From a virus (lineage: Duplodnaviria; Caudoviricetes), in the IMG/VR virus record IMGVR_UViG_3300044216_004308, positions 1 through 35,679 of that record: 35,679 nt of DNA. One strand, written 5' to 3'. Numbering within the stretch: the stretch's first letter is position 1; the number at the start of each line of letters is the position of its first letter. The position numbers and the translations under genes were made by a program. This document shows positions 26,309 through 32,951 of this stretch, in pieces. The notes below the pieces were generated by a model that worked only from the letters and a program-made list of their open reading frames with translations, was not told the origin of the DNA and made no database searches.

Positions 26309-27219
26309 TGATTTCAAATGAATTTTCAGTATTATCAGATTTATCATGGTCAAAGCATAGAAAAGGTACACCAATTGGTGTGAAACTTGATCCAAAATTC
26401 AGTCACATACATGAAGAATGGAAAAGTGATTATCCTACCAGAACTGATATGCATAGAGCGGATAAAGTTTCAGATATTATTCCAATATTTGGTGATAGTT
26501 TTATGTTTTGTGCAGGATTACCTATACAACATGAACTTTCAACTTTACTGAATGCGAAATATACTGATAAACTATTTGTAAATATAGCAAGACCAGGTTC
26601 AGGTAATACAAGAATATTAACAAGATTAGAACAATGGGTAAACGATGAATTATCCAAGAAAACAAAAACAATAATAATAGGACTTTCATCGATGTATAGA
26701 TTTGATTATTATATGGATACTGATAATCCAAATTCAATATCTGCACACAATTCCATATATAATTTAGAGTCTCATAAAATATTAAGAGCCTTTGACCTCA
26801 TGCCACAAATGAATCCAAAAGAATTATACGATACTGAAAAAGTAGAAATGCAAAGAAAGATACAAAGCAACGTATCAAAAGTTTGGGCACATATGGTTGA
26901 ACAAGAAACAAGCTATACAAACGTTTGGTTAAGAAATGTAGAGCCAAACATTAGAAGAATAGATTGGATAACAAAAGCCATGAATTGGGATGTAATATTT
27001 GTTAATAATCTCTCATGGCATGAAAGCATACATCCTGATGATAGAAATGTCTTTAATAAATATCTAGAAGATATGGATATACCACAAAGAAAATTTAAAA
27101 TTGTTAACATGTGGGAAGAAAACAAAAGTGTTGAAGACAGATGTGATTGTGGTCATTGGGGTGTAGAAACAATTAAAAATTTAACAAGGTTAATACAAAA
27201 AGAATACGATGGAATCTAG
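26308..27219 (+). CDS. SGNH/GDSL-hydrolase-like protein
   Basis: IFGDSF block I, NIARPGSGN block II, C-terminal DCGH (DxxH). Confidence 0.55.
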   Translation: MISNEFSVLSDLSWSKHRKGTPIGVKLDPKFSHIHEEWKSDYPTRTDMHRADKVSDIIPIFGDSFMFCAGLPIQHELSTLLNAKYTDKLFVNIARPGSGNTRILTRLEQWVNDELSKKTKTIIIGLSSMYRFDYYMDTDNPNSISAHNSIYNLESHKILRAFDLMPQMNPKELYDTEKVEMQRKIQSNVSKVWAHMVEQETSYTNVWLRNVEPNIRRIDWITKAMNWDVIFVNNLSWHESIHPDDRNVFNKYLEDMDIPQRKFKIVNMWEENKSVEDRCDCGHWGVETIKNLTRLIQKEYDGI

Positions 27220-29044
27220 AATAACAGGAAGTTACGCAAAAAGTATTTTGGCGTCTAGGAAACACCAAGAAAATCCTATACTAAAAAATATACAAGGCGG
27301 TATTTACAAAGCAATTACTGTAGGTGGATTTCCTGATCCTGAAGGTAGAGGAAGAATAGCGGCCTATGTTCCTACTTTAGGTGGGGATCCAGATAATCCT
27401 ATGTTCTTTCAATATGCATCACCTTTTGGTGGTGCAAATGCACAAGGATCATATGGAATGTTTTCGGTCCCACCAGATGCTGGTATAACTATACTAGTAT
27501 TTTTTGCAGAAAATGGAGACTTAAATGAAGGACATTGGTTTGCAGTTTCACAAGAAATACCAGGCGTAGTTGCAGGAGATTCAGGTAAAGCAAAATCAGA
27601 TGGTACAGGACAAGGTGATGGAGTATTTACAGATGTTCCTTCAGCAAAAGTTAGACCTATATCAATGAGAGATGCGGTTCAATCAGATGAAGTTGAACAA
27701 GATAATTCAAATAAAAATGCCAACACTGCAAATCAAGGAATTTATTCAGATCCAATAAGAGGTCAAACAACTGCAAGTCCTCAAAGAGATGCAAACTACG
27801 AAACTACACAACATTCAAAAGTATATGGTTGGAGTACTCCTGGTGGAAATTATATTTCTATGGACGATGGTTCAGTAGGAGATGACGGTGTAATTCATCC
27901 AAATCAAATAAGAATTTCATCAGGATCAGGTGCACAAGTTATTGTAGATGGAACAAATGATTTTATATATGCAATCAATAGTTCAGGATCAGGTTGGGTA
28001 GAAATAGGAGCAGAAGGCGAAGTTATGGTATATGCTGAAGGTAATATGTCCATTCGTACTGAAAAAGATTTTAACTTACGTTCAGATAAAAACATAAATT
28101 TAGAAGCCGCAGAAAAAATTAATATTCGTAGTGGAGAAAATTTAAACTTGAATGTAGGAGACCAACTACATGCCAAAACAAAAGGAAGTATGTTCTTTGA
28201 AAGTGGTGGAGCAAATCATACAAAAGTAAAAACAGATATGTTTGTAACAACTGATGGACATTTACATCTTAATGGACCAATGGCTTCTATCGCTTTTGAT
28301 ATACCATTATCTGCACAACCAGATATGCAAAACTTAGAAGCAGGATTAATTGAAGATACAATTATTCCTAAAATACCAACACACGAACCTTTCTTACGAG
28401 GAACAAGTGCAACAATGCCTGGTTCATCAGGTGATACACCAACGCAAACTAGTGATTCACAAAAAGCAGGAAATAGTATTGCGAGTGATCCTTCAAGTGC
28501 CGAAGGTCAAGTAAATGCAGACAATCAAGCACAAGATTCAAATGAAGATGTTCCTGGTTTACCAGACGGAGAAGGCCTAGGAACAATACGAGCAAGTAAT
28601 GGTGTAGGTTGTCAAGTTGCAATGATATTTGTTAAAAACTTTCAAGGTCTCATTGATGATTTAGAAGCAACAGGTTATGAAATTAGAACATTACATGGAT
28701 ATGCTAAACGAACAACAAGAGGTGGTAATAAACCTAGTTTCCATGCAATGGGAGCCGCAATAGATATTAACGCATATGCACCAAATGGATATGCCCAAAA
28801 TGCGCCAGCTGGTTGGGATCCAAGTGGAAGCAGAGGCTCAAACTTTGGTTGTGATTTACCATTGAATATAGGTTCGATAGCCGCAAGACACGGATTAGGT
28901 TGGGGCGGTAATTGGTCTAGACCTTGGGATCCAATGCACTTCTCAGCCGCAAGTGTTGAACGTGGTGCATATAGATTAACACGTTCATATAAAGTTGCAG
29001 AGAACTCAGATGTTACTGGAACAACAACTGTGAGGTTAGCATAA
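27209..29044 (+). CDS. gp5: Baseplate central spike (gp5/VgrG-like) with C-terminal M15-family peptidase domain
   Basis: OB-fold DPEGRGRI...FSVPPD.G..ILVFF; beta-helix-like repeats; IPTHEPF; C-terminal R...SFHAMGAAIDIN...WGGNW...DPMHF zinc peptidase motifs. Confidence 0.8.
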   Translation: MESRITGSYAKSILASRKHQENPILKNIQGGIYKAITVGGFPDPEGRGRIAAYVPTLGGDPDNPMFFQYASPFGGANAQGSYGMFSVPPDAGITILVFFAENGDLNEGHWFAVSQEIPGVVAGDSGKAKSDGTGQGDGVFTDVPSAKVRPISMRDAVQSDEVEQDNSNKNANTANQGIYSDPIRGQTTASPQRDANYETTQHSKVYGWSTPGGNYISMDDGSVGDDGVIHPNQIRISSGSGAQVIVDGTNDFIYAINSSGSGWVEIGAEGEVMVYAEGNMSIRTEKDFNLRSDKNINLEAAEKINIRSGENLNLNVGDQLHAKTKGSMFFESGGANHTKVKTDMFVTTDGHLHLNGPMASIAFDIPLSAQPDMQNLEAGLIEDTIIPKIPTHEPFLRGTSATMPGSSGDTPTQTSDSQKAGNSIASDPSSAEGQVNADNQAQDSNEDVPGLPDGEGLGTIRASNGVGCQVAMIFVKNFQGLIDDLEATGYEIRTLHGYAKRTTRGGNKPSFHAMGAAIDINAYAPNGYAQNAPAGWDPSGSRGSNFGCDLPLNIGSIAARHGLGWGGNWSRPWDPMHFSAASVERGAYRLTRSYKVAENSDVTGTTTVRLA

Positions 29045-29289
29045 TGACATTAAAAGATTTACTTAAAGGATTAAAAGACTCGATGGATCCAAATTATTGG
29101 GCTGAAAAGATAGGCGAAAAATCAGGTGCTTACGATAAAGCAAGAAATTCAAAAATGAGAAAATGGGCTGATAGTCTTACAGGTTGGAAATGGTGGGCAT
29201 GGCAAATAGTAGGCGGTTTATTATTTGTTGTTGTGGCAGAATTTTTCTTAAACTTATTAGGCTTAAGTATGTTGCCTTGGAGATGGTAA
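29044..29289 (+). CDS. Small Trp-rich membrane protein
   Basis: 81 aa with C-terminal hydrophobic helix WWAWQIVGGLLFVVVAEFFLNLLGL. Confidence 0.65.
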   Translation: MTLKDLLKGLKDSMDPNYWAEKIGEKSGAYDKARNSKMRKWADSLTGWKWWAWQIVGGLLFVVVAEFFLNLLGLSMLPWRW

Positions 29290-29290
29290 T

Positions 29291-29929
29291 ATGATATTTG
29301 ATAAAAGAAAAGGTTCGTTATTAAATTATATTCAAATGCCGTTGAATGTTACAACACCTTATGGAACAAATCTAGGTACAGGATATAAAGAAGATGGCAC
29401 GCCTACATACATCTTATCGCACATAAGACTTACTACTTTTCCTGTAGTTGATTTAATTTTTTCTTCATTAAGTAAAGATGCAATTATAGAAACAGAAACA
29501 CCTATATTAGAATTAACTGATGATAATAAAATAGGTTATGGTTATCAAGTAACACCAACTGAAATAAAGTTTGGTTTTGTTACAGTAGAATCACAAAGAA
29601 TAGATATTTCATCAGGTAAAATTACAAAACAAATGGCTAAGTTTATGTTAGATAAACAACTTAGAAATATTGGAAATGTCTTAGAAAGATTTGTAATTAA
29701 GGAATTAGCACAAACACAATTTGATGCACTATGTTATTATTTTTATAAACAGGGTGTAGATAAAATCGAAAATAACCCAATCATTGCTTTAATCAATAAT
29801 GAAAAATGGTATGATATCACAGACGAAATTCAAACTAATATAAAAAAGAATAACGGCCAGTTTGATGAAAAACTAGCCGCTATGAAAATACGTACTGCTA
29901 AAATGTGGAGTTACGTTCCGGGATTTTAG
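29291..29929 (+). CDS. Divergent phage-lysozyme (GH24)-like protein
   Basis: IGYG and L.Q.QFDAL motifs; canonical E-x8-D-x5-T catalytic pattern not evident. Confidence 0.55.
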   Translation: MIFDKRKGSLLNYIQMPLNVTTPYGTNLGTGYKEDGTPTYILSHIRLTTFPVVDLIFSSLSKDAIIETETPILELTDDNKIGYGYQVTPTEIKFGFVTVESQRIDISSGKITKQMAKFMLDKQLRNIGNVLERFVIKELAQTQFDALCYYFYKQGVDKIENNPIIALINNEKWYDITDEIQTNIKKNNGQFDEKLAAMKIRTAKMWSYVPGF

Positions 29930-30117
29930 AATTCGTAAATTGATTTAGTATAACCTCTTGTAGGCTCTACATTTACAATTTCAATTTTAGACTCAGGATT
30001 CATTTGAGTCATTAATTTTTGTACACGATATGCATCGTCTACACTTGTGTCTCTGGTAACATCTTTACCATCAACTTTTACCCTTACGGGATTTCTTAAT
30101 TGTTCCTGTTTCTTCAC
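29926..30117 (-). CDS. Hypothetical protein
   Basis: GTG start overlapping the upstream TGA; GGAGG SD. Confidence 0.6.
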   Translation of the reverse strand: MKKQEQLRNPVRVKVDGKDVTRDTSVDDAYRVQKLMTQMNPESKIEIVNVEPTRGYTKSIYEF

Positions 30118-30356
30118 AAAGCCTCCAAATATTGTTTATTGTTAGTTTCTAAAGTTACAAAACTACCAAAGTAGTTTTCAAAAGTCTTAAGAAGATTTAT
30201 GTAATCTCCAGACTTCATTTCGTTAATTATTTTATCACCATCTAATCCTAAGTCACGACTAAATTGTTGAGCCGTACCTAAAAGATAAAAAGCATTTCCG
30301 TTAGGACCATCAAGGTCTATTACAAGTTCTTCAACTGATTTTTCACGAACAGCCAT
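30114..30356 (-). CDS. Conserved phage hypothetical protein
   Basis: Likely start MAVREK at 30356 (GGAGG SD); IDLDGPNGNAFYLLG...MKSGDY..LL motif. Confidence 0.7.
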   Translation of the reverse strand: MAVREKSVEELVIDLDGPNGNAFYLLGTAQQFSRDLGLDGDKIINEMKSGDYINLLKTFENYFGSFVTLETNNKQYLEAL

Positions 30357-30360
30357 TATG

Positions 30361-30570
30361 TTAATCCTCCATCCCATCAAAATCGCATTGCCAATATTTA
30401 CCGTCAAACCATGCACGTAGACCACCTAATGGATAATCTTTATGCTCAAAAAATATGTAAGGACGACCACTTGCATCTATTTTTTGTTCTATGATATTGG
30501 CTTCTTTTAAAGGTATTAGACGTTCCTCACCAGTATCTTCATAATAAGCACTATTAAAAATTCGTATCAT
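30361..30570 (-). CDS. Hypothetical protein
   Basis: Likely start MIRIFN at 30570 (GAGG SD), coupled to the upstream stop. Confidence 0.65.
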   Translation of the reverse strand: MIRIFNSAYYEDTGEERLIPLKEANIIEQKIDASGRPYIFFEHKDYPLGGLRAWFDGKYWQCDFDGMED

Positions 30571-30920
30571 TATGCTACCTCTTGCCAACCAATTGATGCA
30601 CAAACAAATTGTTTGCCATCTTCATTTTCAACTACGTCACTAACACTAACAGAATACATAGGAGCCAATCGCTCAATGTTTTCTTCTGGACCAATGTTAC
30701 CGATTTCAAATACTTGTTCCATACTATCGGCAGTAATGTTTGATACATGAGTGTACCAATTATTGTCCATTGCCTTTTTAGCCAACGAACCTACATCATT
30801 TTTAGCAAAAGACATATCCAACTTAGTTAGATGCTTAGGAACACTATTATGTCCTTCAGCATTTACTTTGTCAACTTCTGCATCAGTAAGATGAATTTGA
30901 TATAATTTAAATTTTTGCAT
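30570..30920 (-). CDS. YodL-like domain protein
   Basis: KLYQI...Y..V...E.VF..GN...SVSVSDVV....F.C.SIGW resembles the YodL family (SLSVSDVV...YVDSIGF); AGGAGG SD. Confidence 0.55.
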   Translation of the reverse strand: MQKFKLYQIHLTDAEVDKVNAEGHNSVPKHLTKLDMSFAKNDVGSLAKKAMDNNWYTHVSNITADSMEQVFEIGNIGPEENIERLAPMYSVSVSDVVENEDGKQFVCASIGWQEVA

Positions 30921-30933
30921 TAGTGCCTCCTAA

Positions 30934-31404
30934 TTAAAGAGTTGTACGTTCATCGCCCTCGATTTTGAGAACGCATTTACCTGTAGACAAATTATCTACG
31001 TTACCTACAAACTTACCAACAAGATGTTCGTATTGAGTTCCTTTTTGAAACCCACCTACGATATAACCTCGTTTCATGTACCAGTCACCTGACTTTTTAC
31101 CTTTACGAATAACCTTATCAAGATACAAAGTATCCCAACCATCGGCATCGTATTCTTTTTGAGATTTTTGAAACTCAGATTCGAAATTATCATCACAAGG
31201 GAAGAAATCAAGAAAGTTTTCTTCAAATGCATTGTTAGAATCTGTAACTAAAGGAATAACAGTTTTAGCCTCTTCGGCTGTTTCTGCCTCAACAATATAA
31301 GTGTTGCCACCTTTGTTTTTCCAATATTCTGAAACACCATCCCAATCAGAATCATGTGATGCGTAGTTTTCACGAATTTGTGTTTCGATAACAAATTTAC
31401 TCAT
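30934..31404 (-). CDS. Hypothetical protein
   Basis: Likely start MSKFVIETQIRENY at 31404 after a GGAGAGAGA SD; YWKNKGG motif; own promoter. Confidence 0.7.
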   Translation of the reverse strand: MSKFVIETQIRENYASHDSDWDGVSEYWKNKGGNTYIVEAETAEEAKTVIPLVTDSNNAFEENFLDFFPCDDNFESEFQKSQKEYDADGWDTLYLDKVIRKGKKSGDWYMKRGYIVGGFQKGTQYEHLVGKFVGNVDNLSTGKCVLKIEGDERTTL

Positions 31405-31428
31405 ATCTCTCTCCTTCATCATGATTCT

Positions 31429-31456
31429 AATATAGCACAGATCCCAAATCTGTCAA
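31429..31456 (-). promoter_or_regulatory. Early sigma70-type promoter
   Basis: TTGACA-N16-TATATT with TG extension. Confidence 0.65.
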
Positions 31457-31460
31457 GTTT

Positions 31461-31808
31461 TTAGTCTAACCTAGACCCTGCATAAGCATTAAATCCGTAT
31501 GACTTCATTACATTAGCATAAACTTGTGCGCCTTCTTCTTTGGCGTCTATATTCTGACCTGCATAATTTCCAGGATTCCACAACTGCCAGGCTTTACCTG
31601 TCCAGTCTTTCTTAAAACCAATAGATTCTAGCCCAGCCCTTTCAGCTTTACCTAGTTTAGTATTACCCTTATTTTTAGGATAAACAGTAACCCAAGCAAA
31701 ACCACATGCAAACTGGTCTTGACCTTTTAAAACGTTATTGAAAAATGTATTAACAGCCGTAGTTGCTTTTGAACTGGCTTCTTGATGAACATCTGCGTAT
31801 GTAGTCAT
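31461..31808 (-). CDS. Conserved phage hypothetical protein
   Basis: 115 aa with CGFAWV...Q....KE..A..YA......SRLD pattern; GAGAGGGA SD. Confidence 0.75.
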   Translation of the reverse strand: MTTYADVHQEASSKATTAVNTFFNNVLKGQDQFACGFAWVTVYPKNKGNTKLGKAERAGLESIGFKKDWTGKAWQLWNPGNYAGQNIDAKEEGAQVYANVMKSYGFNAYAGSRLD

Positions 31809-31836
31809 AATCCCTCTCTTTCTTGATTATGTAACT

Positions 31837-31864
31837 ACTATATCATGATTCTCGATTCTGTCAA
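31837..31864 (-). promoter_or_regulatory. Early sigma70-type promoter
   Basis: TTGACA-N16-TATAGT with TG extension. Confidence 0.65.
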
Positions 31865-31880
31865 GTTTTTGAGGTGTTTA

Positions 31881-32474
31881 TTATGGTCTTGATTCAAGTA
31901 TTTCGTCAATTAACCCATAATCTAGCGATTCTTTAGGATCCATGAAGTTATCTCTTTCCATATCTGCATGTAATTCTGCGTATTTTTTCGCTTTAGAGTT
32001 GTGTTTGACATAGATATTAATCAGACGTTCTTTAATCTTCATAATCTCTTTTACTTGTATTTCCATATCAGTTGCCTGACCACCTGCACCACCGCTAGGT
32101 TGGTGTATCATATGTCTTGCATTTGGCAACATATATCTTTTTCCAGGAGCACCAGATGTTGCTAAGAGAGAACCCATAGAACATGCTTGTCCTATAACCA
32201 TAGTCGAAACATCTGGTTTGATAAATTGCATAGTATCGTAGATAGCCATGCCAGCCGTAACTGCACCTCCGGGTGAATTGATATAAAAATGAATATCTTT
32301 TGATGGATTTTCTGCCTCTAAAAATAAAAGTTGGGCACAAATTAAATCAGACTGGTAGTCGTTTACTTCACCAGTAAGAAATATAACTCTTTCTTTGAGC
32401 AAACGAGAGAAAATATCAAAACTACGTTCTCCATTTGCAGTTTGGTCAATCACCATTGGTACTAAATTAGGCAT
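31881..32474 (-). CDS. clpP: ATP-dependent Clp protease proteolytic subunit
   Basis: Start MPNLVPMV at 32474; [25 protein letters not shown]; catalytic Ser (ACSMGS), His (MIHQP), Asp (ERDNF). Confidence 0.96.
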   Translation of the reverse strand: MPNLVPMVIDQTANGERSFDIFSRLLKERVIFLTGEVNDYQSDLICAQLLFLEAENPSKDIHFYINSPGGAVTAGMAIYDTMQFIKPDVSTMVIGQACSMGSLLATSGAPGKRYMLPNARHMIHQPSGGAGGQATDMEIQVKEIMKIKERLINIYVKHNSKAKKYAELHADMERDNFMDPKESLDYGLIDEILESRP

Positions 32475-32505
32475 AATATTATTTATACTCCTTAATAATA
32501 GTAAA

Positions 32506-32534
32506 AGTATAGAGGATTTTGATATTATTGTCAA
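32506..32534 (-). promoter_or_regulatory. Sigma70-type promoter for clpP
   Basis: TTGACA-N17-TATACT. Confidence 0.7.
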
Positions 32535-32538
32535 GTTA

Positions 32539-32552
32539 AAAGTTCGAAGTTT
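32539..32552. promoter_or_regulatory. Palindromic operator-like site, copy 3 (AAAgTTCGAAGTTT)
   Basis: Ends 8 nt before the late promoter at 32561. Confidence 0.55.
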
Positions 32553-32560
32553 ATAAGTTG

Positions 32561-32568
32561 ATAAATAC
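32561..32568 (+). promoter_or_regulatory. Late promoter for gp25-gp6
   Basis: TGATAAATAC. Confidence 0.7.
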
Positions 32569-32593
32569 TCTTAATATACAGAGAGAATTAAAA

Positions 32594-32950
32594 ATGGCAA
32601 GATTTGTAGGTTTTAGTACTAAAAATAAGTTGGCAATCAATCATACACTAACAGGAAAAGAGTTAGTTGTTGAAGATTTGATGAACAATATAATGACACG
32701 TAAAGGTGAAAGAGTAATGATGCCTACATATGGATCTATTATACATGAATTAGTATTTGAGCCATTGACTTCTGATATAAAACAAATTATAGAAGATGAT
32801 TTGACAGAGATAATTAATGATGATCCAAGAGTTATATTGAAAAGTATAAATTTATCAGAGTCAGACCATTCAGTAACAGCGTCTATATCGGTAGATTTAT
32901 TACCAGAAAAAGAACCAGTGACTTTAACGATAGACCTACAGAGAGAATAA
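32594..32950 (+). CDS. gp25: Baseplate wedge subunit (gp25)
   Basis: Start MARFVGFST at 32594; L.N.IMTRKGERVMMPTYGS.I..L.FEP...DPRV. Confidence 0.92.
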   Translation: MARFVGFSTKNKLAINHTLTGKELVVEDLMNNIMTRKGERVMMPTYGSIIHELVFEPLTSDIKQIIEDDLTEIINDDPRVILKSINLSESDHSVTASISVDLLPEKEPVTLTIDLQRE

Positions 32951-32951
32951 A

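Noticed and set aside
29044-29289. Holin call for the membrane protein beside the lysozyme-like gene
   Set aside because: Only one clear hydrophobic helix, and the neighbouring lysozyme looks degenerate; not enough support.
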